The notes under the pieces: generated by a model
What the model saw: only the letters and a program-made list of their open reading frames with translations
What the model was told of the DNA's origin: nothing
The model's database searches: none
In this document: positions 37,478-47,405 of the stretch, one piece after another
Layout: each line of letters starts with the position of its first letter
How positions within the stretch are numbered: the stretch's first letter is position 1
Position numbers and translations under genes: made by a program
Origin: a virus
Taxonomy: Duplodnaviria > Heunggongvirae > Uroviricota > Caudoviricetes
Strand: one strand, 5' to 3'
Length of the DNA stretch: 64,000 bases
Virus record (IMG/VR): IMGVR_UViG_3300027151_000220

Positions 37478-37748
37478 AGTGTTTAAGTTATTGAATGGCG
37501 AAGAAATAATTGCAAAAGTAGAAGCGTCTGGTGTTGGATATTCTATGAAAGATCCAGCAGCAATTGTTATACAACAAACAGCACAAGGAGTTGGTGTTGC
37601 TCTTGCTCCTTATATGCCATATGCTAATGGTGATATCACCCTATACTCATCGTCAATAGGAACAGAAGGTTCTCCAACAGTAGCTATGGAGAATGAATAC
37701 AACCGAATCTTCGGCTCTGGTATTCAGATCGCATCTTCCTTCAAATAA
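37464..37748 (+). CDS. hypothetical protein
   Basis: 94-aa ORF overlapping the previous stop (ATGA). Gly/Ala/Ser-rich. Confidence 0.3.
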   Translation: MKMIKVFKLLNGEEIIAKVEASGVGYSMKDPAAIVIQQTAQGVGVALAPYMPYANGDITLYSSSIGTEGSPTVAMENEYNRIFGSGIQIASSFK

Positions 37749-37750
37749 AA

Positions 37751-37801
37751 CCCTACGTTCTGTAGGGGTATTTACAGCCCAAGACCCTCTCTGATAGAGG
37801 G
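37751..37801 (+). terminator. tandem hairpins CCCTAC-gttct-GTAGGG and CCCTCT-ctgat-AGAGGG
   Basis: Same cassette as 28663-28705. Confidence 0.6.
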
Positions 37802-37878
37802 TCGACACACATAAAAACTCCAGTAAAATCAAGGAGTTACAATCCCCTACAACCCAAAGGGTTATCCAAAAAAAATAC

Positions 37879-37907
37879 TTTACAATAATTCAGGTTTGGT
37901 GTATAAT
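37879..37907 (+). promoter_or_regulatory. early promoter TTTACA-N17-TATAAT
   Basis: tacTTTACAataattcaggtttggtgTATAAT. Confidence 0.55.
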
Positions 37908-37939
37908 AGTCTTATGATGAATGAAAAAGGAAACCTGAT

Positions 37940-38195
37940 TATGAAAAAGTCTGTCAAAAAGCAAATCGTTGCTACTATCTACAATGTCCCTGTTCGTACC
38001 AAAGCTGAATCTCGTGCTGAATCTGAAAAAGCGATTGCAGCATTCCTTCGCTCTGGTGGCGTGATTCAAGTTGACTCACGTAAACGTCGTGAACCCAAAG
38101 CCAAGATGACTGGCAAAAATTCACGTGGCTTTTGTGGTGGTACCAGTGGGTTTGCTTCGGGAATGCCACGTAAGACAACTTTTAGTTTGGTTTAA
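37940..38195 (+). CDS. hypothetical basic protein
   Basis: Start placed at the first ATG downstream of the predicted transcription start site (MKKSVKKQ...). The track start 37896 lies upstream of the -10 element. Confidence 0.3.
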
Positions 38196-38214
38196 TTTTT
38201 AGGAGATCTATATT

Positions 38215-38538
38215 ATGAAACTTGTTATTCGCACTCAGTATATGGAAAATTATGGTGCCCACGATTGGGATGGCGAGGGTGAGTGTCCCCAGTATTGGAA
38301 GATGAAAGGTGGCTCTGAGTATATGATTGAAGGTGTGCCACTAAACATCGACTACGCAGAAGTTGTTGCTGCTGCAGATGTGGAAAAGAATAACGAGTAT
38401 TGTCGTGAGTATATCCTCGACTGGTCTTTGGAGAGTGATGACTATATGTCATGGTTCGAGAAGTCGCAGTTGGAGTATGATGGTAAAGTTGCTTGTCCTG
38501 AGCCACGCATTGATTACAATGAATTGGTGGCAGCATGA
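38215..38538 (+). CDS. hypothetical acidic protein
   Basis: 107-aa ORF with SD GGAGA. Confidence 0.35.
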   Translation: MKLVIRTQYMENYGAHDWDGEGECPQYWKMKGGSEYMIEGVPLNIDYAEVVAAADVEKNNEYCREYILDWSLESDDYMSWFEKSQLEYDGKVACPEPRIDYNELVAA

Positions 38539-38879
38539 TTCTCGCTAAAGAGATTACCGTATGGGATGTTGAGTATCGTCAACCAAACCATACATACCTC
38601 ATGAATAATTCAATGGATAAAATCATTGGGTACTTTAAGTGGAACAATCCAAAAGATTTTATGAAGTTCAAGAAACCTTTGGGATTCGATACTCGGTATC
38701 GGAAGTTTCAAATAATTAAACGCTATGAAGAGAAGACATCTAATAAACGATGGAAAATTCTTGGTAGTAAAGACCATGTGTATTATGTAGAAGAAACTGA
38801 GTCTGGTATGTCTTGTACTTGCATCGGTTACAAATATCATGGAAAATGTAAACATATTGAAGGAATTAAAAGTGAATAA
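38535..38879 (+). CDS. SWIM-type zinc-finger protein
   Basis: C-terminal CxCx7CxH (MSCTCIGYKYHGKCKHI). ATGA overlap with the upstream gene. Confidence 0.4.
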   Translation: MILAKEITVWDVEYRQPNHTYLMNNSMDKIIGYFKWNNPKDFMKFKKPLGFDTRYRKFQIIKRYEEKTSNKRWKILGSKDHVYYVEETESGMSCTCIGYKYHGKCKHIEGIKSE

Positions 38880-38886
38880 ATTTGCA

Positions 38887-39171
38887 ATGAATAAAATTAC
38901 TTCGGAGAAGCAAAAAGAAATTATGCTTATCTGCCAAGAGGAATGTGCAGAAGTTACACAAGCAATCAGTAAGGTGTTTCGTTTCGGGATTGATGGCGAA
39001 CACAATGGTGCAACTAATCGTGAACGTCTTGAAGAAGAGATCGGTGATTTGCTTTGTATGATCGAGATGATGATTGAAGAACAAATTATTGATGGTAATG
39101 CAGTGGCTCAAGCAGGAATTAAAAAGAAAGAGAAACTTGCTAAGTGGTCAAACATTAAGGTGGCAGCATAA
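38887..39171 (+). CDS. MazG-like nucleoside triphosphate pyrophosphohydrolase (small all-alpha type)
   Basis: EExxE (QEECAEVTQA) and EExGD (EEEIGDLLCMIEMM) metal-binding motifs. Start uncertain (track 38839, GTG 38872, ATG 38887). Confidence 0.5.
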   Translation: MNKITSEKQKEIMLICQEECAEVTQAISKVFRFGIDGEHNGATNRERLEEEIGDLLCMIEMMIEEQIIDGNAVAQAGIKKKEKLAKWSNIKVAA

Positions 39172-40467
39172 ATGAATCTGAATAAGTTTTTCGAGAGTCT
39201 TGCGAGTAATAACTCACGCAACTTCAAGATCGAGCAACTAAACGCACATAGCGATAACGAAGTGCTACGTGAGGTTGTTCGCAAGACTCTCGACCCGTTC
39301 ACTCAGTTTTACATCCGTAAGATTCCTGAGTATACACCAAATACTGGTGATGGAATCTCTCTCAAGTTTGCCATGGATTCAATCGGTGATTTGACTAAAC
39401 GATTGGTCACTGGTAATGCTGGTATCGACCATCTGCGTGCGAATCTTGAAGCACTAAACGCAGACGATGCTAAAGTACTTGAGCGTATCATCGCTAAAGA
39501 CTTGAAGTGTGGTGTTGATGTGTCAACAGCAAACAAGGTATGGAAGAATTTGATTTTTGAATATCCTGTTATGCTCTGTTCACCATTCGAACAGAAGCTG
39601 GTTGATAAAATTAAATTCCCTGCTTTCGTGCAAACTAAAATGGATGGTATGCGATTCAATGCTATCGTTCGTTCTGGTAAGTGTGAGTTTCGTTCACGCA
39701 ATGGTAAAGAGATTGACTTGTTGGGTAATCTCGAAGAAGATTTCATTGTCATGGCTAACGGACAAGATTGCGTGTTTGATGGCGAGTTGCTCGTCAAAGA
39801 TAAAGGTATCATCCTAGATCGTCAGACTGGTAATGGTATTTTGAATAAAGCCAACAAGGGTACTATCAAAACTGATGAAGCACGCAAGGTTCATGCCACA
39901 GTATGGGATTTGATTCCGTATGATGCGTTTACTAAAGGTGAATGTCTTGTTCCTTACGGACAACGATTTGATTCTCTTTGTGTAATGCTGGATACATATC
40001 AGCCAAAGAAAGTTGGTCTTGTTGATAGCTGGGAAGTTGATGCTATCGAAGAAGCAAATACGTTGTTCGAGAAATTGCTTGCTGATGGCCAAGAAGGTAT
40101 CATCCTGAAATGTCGCAAAGGTATCTGGGAAGATAAACGTAGCAAGACTCAGATTAAATTCAAAGGCGAACTCGAGTGCGACTTGAAGATTGTTGCAGTG
40201 GAAGAGGGTAAGGGTAAAGCTGCAGGAATGCTTGGTGCGATTGTTTGCGAATCTGCCGATGGTGTTGTAAAAGTTAATGTTGGCTCTGGCTTTACTGAGG
40301 AACATCGCAAGAATTATTGGAAAGAAAATTTAGTTGACAAAATTGTAGCTATCAAGTATAATATGAGAATAAAGAATAAACAAGGTGAGGATAGTTTGTT
40401 CCTTCCAGTGTTTATTGAACTTCGTGATGATAAAACTGTTGCAGATACCAGCAAGGTGATTAAATGA
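39172..40467 (+). CDS. gp30: ATP-dependent DNA ligase
   Basis: Adenylation motif I KMDGMR, motif IV EGIILK, motif V KFK. OB-fold C-terminus. 431 aa. Confidence 0.85.
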   Translation: MNLNKFFESLASNNSRNFKIEQLNAHSDNEVLREVVRKTLDPFTQFYIRKIPEYTPNTGDGISLKFAMDSIGDLTKRLVTGNAGIDHLRANLEALNADDAKVLERIIAKDLKCGVDVSTANKVWKNLIFEYPVMLCSPFEQKLVDKIKFPAFVQTKMDGMRFNAIVRSGKCEFRSRNGKEIDLLGNLEEDFIVMANGQDCVFDGELLVKDKGIILDRQTGNGILNKANKGTIKTDEARKVHATVWDLIPYDAFTKGECLVPYGQRFDSLCVMLDTYQPKKVGLVDSWEVDAIEEANTLFEKLLADGQEGIILKCRKGIWEDKRSKTQIKFKGELECDLKIVAVEEGKGKAAGMLGAIVCESADGVVKVNVGSGFTEEHRKNYWKENLVDKIVAIKYNMRIKNKQGEDSLFLPVFIELRDDKTVADTSKVIK

Positions 40468-40679
40468 TACTAGAAAGTAAACTAGGGCAGAAAAGATTTT
40501 TCAACCCAAAGAGTAAACAAGATCTTGACTCATATAGAAAGTTTTTGAAAACTGGTGGTTGGGGTTCTAGTGGTTGTCCTTTCTTTCTTGTGTTTCCATA
40601 TATGACAATCCCACATATGATTCAGGATAAAATTATACATAGAGTATTAGGAGTTAAAAATGACAAGAGTAGCTATTAA
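40464..40679 (+). CDS. hypothetical protein
   Basis: 71-aa ORF, ATGA overlap. Confidence 0.25.
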   Translation: MILESKLGQKRFFNPKSKQDLDSYRKFLKTGGWGSSGCPFFLVFPYMTIPHMIQDKIIHRVLGVKNDKSSY

Positions 40680-41028
40680 TCGTTGCTTCGGTGGGTTTGG
40701 TTTGAGTGATACAGCGTTCGAGAAGTTGCTTGAACGTAAAGGTATTGCATTTGAGAAGGAAGAAGATCCAACCAAAGGAAAAATCTTTGGTGTTACATAT
40801 TGGAAAGACGGTATGTGTGGCAAAGATGATGGTTATCTCAGTTACTATGAGTTCTGTGAAGATCGTTCAGACCCAGACTTGATTGCTGTGATTGAAGAGA
40901 TGGGTAGTGCTGCCAATGGTTTCGCAGCAGAGATTGCTATTGTAGATATTCCCGATGGTGTTGAGTGGCACATTCATGAGTATGATGGTATTGAGCATGT
41001 GGCAGAAAACCACAGAACATGGAGTTGA
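40660..41028 (+). CDS. hypothetical protein
   Basis: 122-aa ORF. Confidence 0.3.
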   Translation: MTRVAINRCFGGFGLSDTAFEKLLERKGIAFEKEEDPTKGKIFGVTYWKDGMCGKDDGYLSYYEFCEDRSDPDLIAVIEEMGSAANGFAAEIAIVDIPDGVEWHIHEYDGIEHVAENHRTWS

Positions 41029-41181
41029 TATGGTGGATTTAGAAGAAATTAGATTAGCTCGTACACTCGGAAGAGTGATTGAAGAAGAAATACGTAAAGG
41101 TAATAAACTTCCTGATGAAGTTCTTAGAGCGTATGAAGAGTTGTATAGGTTTTGGCAATATCAAATGAGTAGAGAATTATC

Positions 41182-41709
41182 ATGAGAAAAGAATTAGACG
41201 AAGCACTATGTGCAAAGTATCCGCTTATCTTTAAAGATCGTAATGCGGATATGCGACACACAGCCATGTGCTGGGGTTTCGAATGTGGTGATGGTTGGTA
41301 TAACATCATCGATATTCTTTGTGGTTTGTTGACTTCGGAATATCGTAGCGCAAAAAGTCGATATGATTATCTTATGGAAACAGGTGTTGGTAATGTTCTT
41401 TATGGAACAAAAACAGTAACGCAAGAAGCAATTGATGAAGCCAAAGCAAAACTGGATGAAGAAACTCTAAGGGTTCCAGTTGCTGTTCAAGTCAAAGAAA
41501 AGTTCGGTGGTCTTCGTTTCTATGTTCAGGCTGCAACTGATAAACACTATAACTACATCTCTTTTGCTGAGAGTATGAGTTATCGTACATGTGAAGAGTG
41601 TGGTGCTCCAGGTAAAACTTATACCGATGGTTGGCATCGTACTATGTGTGATATCCACGCAGCAATGGAAGGTCGTACTGAAGAATATGAGTATGAGGAG
41701 AATGAATAA
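41182..41709 (+). CDS. hypothetical Cys/His-containing protein
   Basis: 175-aa ORF. CxxC..CxxC-like pairs (CWGFECGD, CEECG). Confidence 0.3.
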   Translation: MRKELDEALCAKYPLIFKDRNADMRHTAMCWGFECGDGWYNIIDILCGLLTSEYRSAKSRYDYLMETGVGNVLYGTKTVTQEAIDEAKAKLDEETLRVPVAVQVKEKFGGLRFYVQAATDKHYNYISFAESMSYRTCEECGAPGKTYTDGWHRTMCDIHAAMEGRTEEYEYEENE

Positions 41710-42077
41710 TGTTTTATGGTAAAGACGATGTTGAACGTCAATTCGCTCCACTTGTGAAGAAATTTCAAGAACAAGAATTGTTTTTATTTGAGCCGATGCC
41801 CAAGTACAAAGAAGGTGAGAGATGGACTGACGAATTTCGTATTCGTGATGGTCACACTAAACTCGCTGATGGATCGTGGGTGACTATTCATAAACTAACT
41901 ACATATGTTGATGTGCTTCAGAAAAATACTACAAAGTTGTATGAGGAAAATCTGAAACTTAATCGTGAGTTGTTGCTTGCGAGAAGGCAAAAGCGTGAGA
42001 TGGAATATGGTCTGCGTGTCGCAGGAAAAGCATTGGAGAAGTCACTTGCTATTACTAAGGAGATGATCGATGAGTAA
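41709..42077 (+). CDS. hypothetical protein
   Basis: 122-aa ORF. Confidence 0.3.
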   Translation: MFYGKDDVERQFAPLVKKFQEQELFLFEPMPKYKEGERWTDEFRIRDGHTKLADGSWVTIHKLTTYVDVLQKNTTKLYEENLKLNRELLLARRQKREMEYGLRVAGKALEKSLAITKEMIDE

Positions 42078-42381
42078 GTTTGTTTTGGTTGAAACTATTT
42101 CTCAATATCGTATGCGTTATGTTATTGAAGTTCCTGATAACCACAATGATGGTGAATATCCTTGCACAGCTGAACAATGGGCAGCTGATACAGTTACATC
42201 TGAAGAGATGAATGAGTTCTCGCAGTTGTGGGTAGGAGAAACAATTCTAAGCACTCGAGAGATTGCCAAAGAAGAAATTATTCCATTGGCTGATAAAGAT
42301 AATGACTACACTAAAGACTGGACAGATGAACAAAAGATGAATGCATTCGTCACACCAATTGGATATAAGAGAGACTGGTAA
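42070..42381 (+). CDS. hypothetical protein
   Basis: 103-aa ORF. Confidence 0.3.
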   Translation: MSKFVLVETISQYRMRYVIEVPDNHNDGEYPCTAEQWAADTVTSEEMNEFSQLWVGETILSTREIAKEEIIPLADKDNDYTKDWTDEQKMNAFVTPIGYKRDW

Positions 42382-42947
42382 TGTTTGTATTTGATGTAGA
42401 AACTTTGGGTATCGAATCAACCTGCGTGATTTTATCTGCAGGTTTAATTTATTTCGATCCAGAGGAACAACCTGACTATCAGAAACTTCTTGACGATGCA
42501 TGTTTCGTTAAGTTAAAATCAAAAGACCAAGTTGAAAGACTTGGTCGCACCATTTCAAAAGACACAATTGATTGGTGGAAGAATCAACACGAATATGTTC
42601 GCAAGGTTTCTTTTGATGCAAGTCCAGATGATTTAATTGCAGAAGATGCGATTAAAATTCTAAAAGATTATATGGCGAAGTATCCTAACGCAAGTAAGCA
42701 AACTATGTGGGCACGTGGTTCTCTTGACCAAGTTGCAATAGATAGTTTGTGCGTTAAACTTGACATTAATCCGATTACCACGTATAATATGTGGAGGGAC
42801 GTGAGAACTGCTGTTGATTGTTTTACTGGTTCCACGAATGGTTATTGTGAAGTCAATCACCCAACATTTAAACGACACAGTGTAATCAAACATCATCCAG
42901 TACATGATTGTGCATTGGATGCTATGCAACTTATGTATGGTAAATAA
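42381..42947 (+). CDS. dexA: exonuclease A (DnaQ-like 3'-5' DEDDh exonuclease)
   Basis: FDVETLG (Exo I), ...WWKNQHEYVRK aligning with T4 DexA EWWKNQSPEARK, C-terminal HHPVHDCALD (Exo III H/D). Confidence 0.75.
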   Translation: MFVFDVETLGIESTCVILSAGLIYFDPEEQPDYQKLLDDACFVKLKSKDQVERLGRTISKDTIDWWKNQHEYVRKVSFDASPDDLIAEDAIKILKDYMAKYPNASKQTMWARGSLDQVAIDSLCVKLDINPITTYNMWRDVRTAVDCFTGSTNGYCEVNHPTFKRHSVIKHHPVHDCALDAMQLMYGK

Positions 42948-43251
42948 AATCAAAATATTAAACGTACCAATATTTCATTCGCACGACTATGCCATCGGTG
43001 GTAAGATGGTAGTGGGTAAAGCAGAGATGGATGAATCGTTTTCAACTCTATTACAAGATGGTGATGAAACAGCAATCATGCAGGTGAAAGAAAAACTAAC
43101 TCGAGATATGATAAAACATATGCTCGAGAATAGACTGGTTGAGTTTACTTACTACGATGATCCAATTACAATGAGACGATGCTTAACTGTAAGAGCATAT
43201 CTTGCACCCAATGATCAAGTTAAAATTTTAAGATTAGCAAACAAAATATGA
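42904..43251 (+). CDS. hypothetical protein
   Basis: ORF filling the gap before the polymerase (ATGA overlap). True start probably internal. Confidence 0.25.
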   Translation: MIVHWMLCNLCMVNKIKILNVPIFHSHDYAIGGKMVVGKAEMDESFSTLLQDGDETAIMQVKEKLTRDMIKHMLENRLVEFTYYDDPITMRRCLTVRAYLAPNDQVKILRLANKI

Positions 43252-45737
43252 TTTTTTATACGCACGTATTTCCCTTTGGTAACAAAATGTGTGTCAGAGG
43301 TTATGAAAACGGCAGAGCGTTTCAACGTAAGATCGACTTTTACCCAACACTTTATGTAACATCAAATAAAGCAGAGAGCCAGTGGCGCACACTCGATGGT
43401 CAAGTTATCGATGAAGTTAAACCTGGAACTGTAAAAGAAACACGTGAGTTCTTTGATCGTTACAAAGAAGTGCAGGGTTTCAACGTCTACGGAAACACTA
43501 ACTATGTTCACCAATATATCAGCGACACTTATGAGAGTGATGTTCGTTGGGATATGGAACAAATTAAAGTGTTCACCATCGACATTGAAACTGCAGTTGA
43601 AGATGGATTCCCTGATGTCAAACAGGCGAATGAAGAGATCTTACTAATCACAATCAAAGACTTTCAATCTAAGAGTATTATCACTTTCGGCACACGTGAG
43701 TTTGAAAATACTCGCAAGGATGTTACTTACTTCCGTTGCAAAGACGAGCAACAACTTCTCAAAGAGTTTATGATTTTCTGGCAACAGAATTATCCTGATG
43801 TTCTAACTGGATGGAACATTGGATTCTTTGACGTACCATATTTGACTAAACGTATTCAGCGTGAACTTGGCGAAGCAATCGCAGCCAAACTTTCACCATG
43901 GGGATATATCAATGAACGAAAGATCTTTGTTAAAGGTAACGAAGAAATTTCATTTGACATCCATGGTGTAAGCCAACTTGACTATCTTGACTTGTATAAG
44001 AAGTTCACTTATCAAAAGCAAGAGTCCTATCGTCTAGATTATATCGCAGGTGAAGAACTTGGTGATGCCAAGAAAGAAAACCCTGGAGATACATTTAAAG
44101 ACTTCTATACAAATTACTGGCAAGACTTCGTTGAGTATAACATTCACGACGTAGAGTTGGTTGACAAACTTGAAGATAAGATGCGACTGATTGAGTTGTG
44201 TCTTACCATGGCATACAATGCAAAGATTAACTATGAAGATGTATTCTCTCAGGTAAGAATGTGGGACGCCATCATCTATAATCACCTGCGTAAGAAACAT
44301 ATCGCCATTCCTACCAAGGTTGGTTCCAGTAAGAATGAAGCATTTGAAGGTGCTTTCGTTAAAGACCCATTGCTGGGTATGCATAAGTGGGTTGCTTCTT
44401 TTGACTTGAACAGTCTATATCCTCACTTGATTATGCAGTATAACATCTCACCAGAAACATTGAGTGGTGAGAAGATCTCATGCAACGTTGAACGTCTGCT
44501 CAATCAAGAAGTTGATACTGAATATTGTAAGCGTAGGGATCTTGCGTTGACTGCCAATGGCTGGACTTACCGCAGAGATATCAAAGGGTTCATGCCTGAG
44601 TTGATGGAGAAGATGTATTCAGACCGCAGTAAGTTCAAGAAGCAGATGCTGAAAGTTGAACAGGAATATCAGAACGACAAGTCCAAGAAAGAACTACTGA
44701 AAGAGATTAGTCGACTGAACAACCTGCAGATGGCAATGAAGATTGCTCTCAACTCTGCTTATGGTGCGATGGGTAATCAGTATTTCCGTTACTTTGATAT
44801 TCGCATGGCAGAAGGTATTACTACCAGTGGTCAACTATCGATTCGTTGGATGGCAAATGAGTTTAATCGTTATCTCAACAAGGTCATGAAGACAGAAGGT
44901 AAAGACTTTGTTATCGCCATTGACACAGATTCAATCTATCTAACATTGGAAGAACTGATCGAGAAAGTTTGCGAAGGTAAAACTGACGACCAGAAAATTA
45001 AATATATGGATAAGGTTTGCGAAGAGATCTTCCAACCATTCATTGACCAAACGTATCAAAAGTTGGGTGAGTATATGAACGCATACTCTCAGAAGATGAT
45101 TATGAAACGTGAGGTTCTTGCCGATAAGGGTATCTGGACTGCCAAGAAAAGATACATATTGAACGTACACAATTCTGAAGGAGTGCAGTATGCTAAACCG
45201 AAACTCAAAGTTATGGGGCTTGAAATGGTCAAGTCAAGTACACCTGCTGTTATTCGTGACAAACTTAAAGATTCGATCGAAGTTATTCTCAAGGGCAGTC
45301 AAGCGGACTTACACTCGTATATCGAAAAGTTCCGTGAAGAATTCAACCAAATGCCAGTAGAGGATATTGCTTTCCCACGTGGCGTAAATGGTTTGAGAAC
45401 ATATGCTGGTTCTCCGATCTATACCAAGGGAACACCTATCCATGTAAGGGGTTCACTACTTTACAATCATTATGTCAAGAAACTTGGACTTGAAAAGAAG
45501 TATCAGTTGATTAAAGAGGGTGAGAAGGTTAAGTTTGTATATGTGAGAAAACCAAATCCATTCCAGGAAGACGTTATCGCATTCCCGCAAAATCTACCGA
45601 AAGAGTTTGGTTTGCATGACTTTATTGATTATGAAACACAGTTTGAAAAGACATTCCTCGATGCAATGCAAACTGTAATCCAGCCGATTGGTTGGAATGT
45701 TGAAGCCAAGTCATCATTGGAGGATTTCTTTGGATAA
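43248..45737 (+). CDS. gp43: DNA polymerase (family B) with 3'-5' exonuclease domain
   Basis: Exo motifs FDIETA and YNIHDVEL, pol motifs DxxSLYPH, KIALNSAYGAMG, AIDTDSIY. 829 aa. Confidence 0.9.
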   Translation: MIFYTHVFPFGNKMCVRGYENGRAFQRKIDFYPTLYVTSNKAESQWRTLDGQVIDEVKPGTVKETREFFDRYKEVQGFNVYGNTNYVHQYISDTYESDVRWDMEQIKVFTIDIETAVEDGFPDVKQANEEILLITIKDFQSKSIITFGTREFENTRKDVTYFRCKDEQQLLKEFMIFWQQNYPDVLTGWNIGFFDVPYLTKRIQRELGEAIAAKLSPWGYINERKIFVKGNEEISFDIHGVSQLDYLDLYKKFTYQKQESYRLDYIAGEELGDAKKENPGDTFKDFYTNYWQDFVEYNIHDVELVDKLEDKMRLIELCLTMAYNAKINYEDVFSQVRMWDAIIYNHLRKKHIAIPTKVGSSKNEAFEGAFVKDPLLGMHKWVASFDLNSLYPHLIMQYNISPETLSGEKISCNVERLLNQEVDTEYCKRRDLALTANGWTYRRDIKGFMPELMEKMYSDRSKFKKQMLKVEQEYQNDKSKKELLKEISRLNNLQMAMKIALNSAYGAMGNQYFRYFDIRMAEGITTSGQLSIRWMANEFNRYLNKVMKTEGKDFVIAIDTDSIYLTLEELIEKVCEGKTDDQKIKYMDKVCEEIFQPFIDQTYQKLGEYMNAYSQKMIMKREVLADKGIWTAKKRYILNVHNSEGVQYAKPKLKVMGLEMVKSSTPAVIRDKLKDSIEVILKGSQADLHSYIEKFREEFNQMPVEDIAFPRGVNGLRTYAGSPIYTKGTPIHVRGSLLYNHYVKKLGLEKKYQLIKEGEKVKFVYVRKPNPFQEDVIAFPQNLPKEFGLHDFIDYETQFEKTFLDAMQTVIQPIGWNVEAKSSLEDFFG

Positions 45738-46284
45738 TATTAAAGTGATTAAAACAGGAATCAACGTATCAAAGATTCTTGCTCAATTAAAACTTTACAA
45801 AGATGATTGGAACTCTGAAGGTCAGATGAAAGGTGCTTCAACAGTCCAGAAAGAATTTGACTTCCCACAAATTAATGCAGGTGTTTTGCAATTAGTTATT
45901 GGTGGTGTTGAGAATGAAACGCAATATGTTGGTGACACTGAGTATTGCATTAAAACACCTGCGTATAACAGACACACAGAAATTGTTAGATTTATGAAAC
46001 GAAACTTCCACGACCATTCACGTTGTGGATTCTTGTCATTGCCAGTTGGTGGTTCTGTCGGCAAACATATAGACATCGGTAGTTATTATCAGACCAGAGA
46101 TCGTTACCATCTCTCCATCGCAGGTAGATACAAATATATGGTTGGAGATGAGGAATACATAGTAGAGCCAGGAACTTTGTTGTGGTTCAATAATAAATTG
46201 CAACATGGAACTGAAAATGTTGGCAATGAAGTTCGTGTAACCTTTGTATTCGATGTGCCACATCACAAATCTAACCCAAAATAA
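45688..46284 (+). CDS. cupin-fold protein, possible 2OG-dependent hydroxylase (AspH-like)
   Basis: GKHIDIG (HxD) and LQHGTEN (H) with beta-rich context. Start uncertain because it overlaps the polymerase 3' end. Confidence 0.35.
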   Translation: MVGMLKPSHHWRISLDNIKVIKTGINVSKILAQLKLYKDDWNSEGQMKGASTVQKEFDFPQINAGVLQLVIGGVENETQYVGDTEYCIKTPAYNRHTEIVRFMKRNFHDHSRCGFLSLPVGGSVGKHIDIGSYYQTRDRYHLSIAGRYKYMVGDEEYIVEPGTLLWFNNKLQHGTENVGNEVRVTFVFDVPHHKSNPK

Positions 46285-46287
46285 AAC

Positions 46288-46316
46288 TTTACAAATAACC
46301 ATACTTCGTGTATAAT
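46288..46316 (+). promoter_or_regulatory. early promoter TTTACA-N17-TATAAT
   Basis: aacTTTACAaataaccatacttcgtgTATAAT, 20 nt before the uvsX ATG. Confidence 0.5.
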
Positions 46317-46336
46317 AAAATTTTAGGAGTTGAAAA

Positions 46337-47404
46337 ATGAGTATACTAGATAAAATTCGCAAGAATAGTACGATTAAAGATTCTGCTATTCTATCACAAT
46401 CAAAGTTCTTCACAAAGAAGGATATGATTCCTACCACTGTCCCAGCAATCAATATTGCATTGTCTGGTCGTCTTGATGGTGGTTTGACTCCAGGTATCAC
46501 AATGTGGGCTGGACCAAGTAAACACTTCAAGACAGCATTCAGTTTGCTAATGGCTAAGTCTTATATGGACAAGTACCCCGATGCTGCGTTGCTTTTCTAC
46601 GACTCAGAGTTCGGCACACCTCAAGCATACTTTGATTCTTTCGGTATTGATACCGAGCGTGTTATCCATACACCACTTACTGACGTAGAGCAGTTGAAGT
46701 TTGACATCATGCAACAGCTACAAGGAGTTGAACGTGGCGACCATCTTATTATTGTTATTGATTCTATTGGTAATCTTGCGTCTAAGAAGGAAGTAGAAGA
46801 TGCACTTGATGGCAAATCTGTTGCTGATATGAGTCGTGCCAAACAGATGAAGTCATTGTTCCGTATGATTACACCACACCTGAACCTTAAAGATATTCCA
46901 TTGGTTGTTGTTAATCATACATATATGGAGATCGGTATGTTCCCCAAACCTATTGTCGGTGGTGGAACTGGTGCCATGTACTCTGCCGATAATGTATACA
47001 TTCTTGGTCGTCAACAAGAAAAAGAAGGGACTGAAGTTGTTGGATATAATTTTATTATCAATGTGGAGAAATCTCGTTATGTGCGTGAAAAATCTAAGAT
47101 TCCTGTTACTGTATATCATGATGGGGGTATTAGCCGTTGGTCTGGCTTACTTGATATCGCACTCGAGTCTGGGCATGTTGTCAAGCCAAGTAATGGTTGG
47201 TATAGTAAAGTAGATGCAGATGGTGTTATTGAAGATAAGAAGTATCGCCTGAAAGATACAGATACTAAAGACTTCTGGATGCCAGTACTTATGCAAAAGT
47301 CTTTCATTGAGTTTGTTAAAAACAAATATCAGGTAGGTTCAACAGATATCCTTAAAGATGAAGATATCGATGCAGAACTTGCTGCGATTGATGATGAAGA
47401 ATAA
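46337..47404 (+). CDS. uvsX: RecA-like recombinase UvsX
   Basis: N-terminus SKFFTKKDMIPTTVPAINIALSGRLDGGLTPGITMWAGPSKHFKTAF aligns to T4 UvsX (SKFFNEKDVVRTKIPMMNIALSGEITGGMQSGLLILAGPSKSFKSNF). Confidence 0.85.
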   Translation: MSILDKIRKNSTIKDSAILSQSKFFTKKDMIPTTVPAINIALSGRLDGGLTPGITMWAGPSKHFKTAFSLLMAKSYMDKYPDAALLFYDSEFGTPQAYFDSFGIDTERVIHTPLTDVEQLKFDIMQQLQGVERGDHLIIVIDSIGNLASKKEVEDALDGKSVADMSRAKQMKSLFRMITPHLNLKDIPLVVVNHTYMEIGMFPKPIVGGGTGAMYSADNVYILGRQQEKEGTEVVGYNFIINVEKSRYVREKSKIPVTVYHDGGISRWSGLLDIALESGHVVKPSNGWYSKVDADGVIEDKKYRLKDTDTKDFWMPVLMQKSFIEFVKNKYQVGSTDILKDEDIDAELAAIDDEE

Positions 47405-47405
47405 T

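Noticed and set aside
39309-40305. Two minus-strand ORFs (167 and 163 aa)
   Set aside because: Both lie antisense within the DNA ligase gene, which has clear catalytic motifs on the + strand.
46036-46530. 164-aa minus-strand ORF spanning the uvsX promoter region
   Set aside because: It overlaps the 3' end of the cupin-like gene and the 5' end of uvsX on the opposite strand. The + strand features are well supported.
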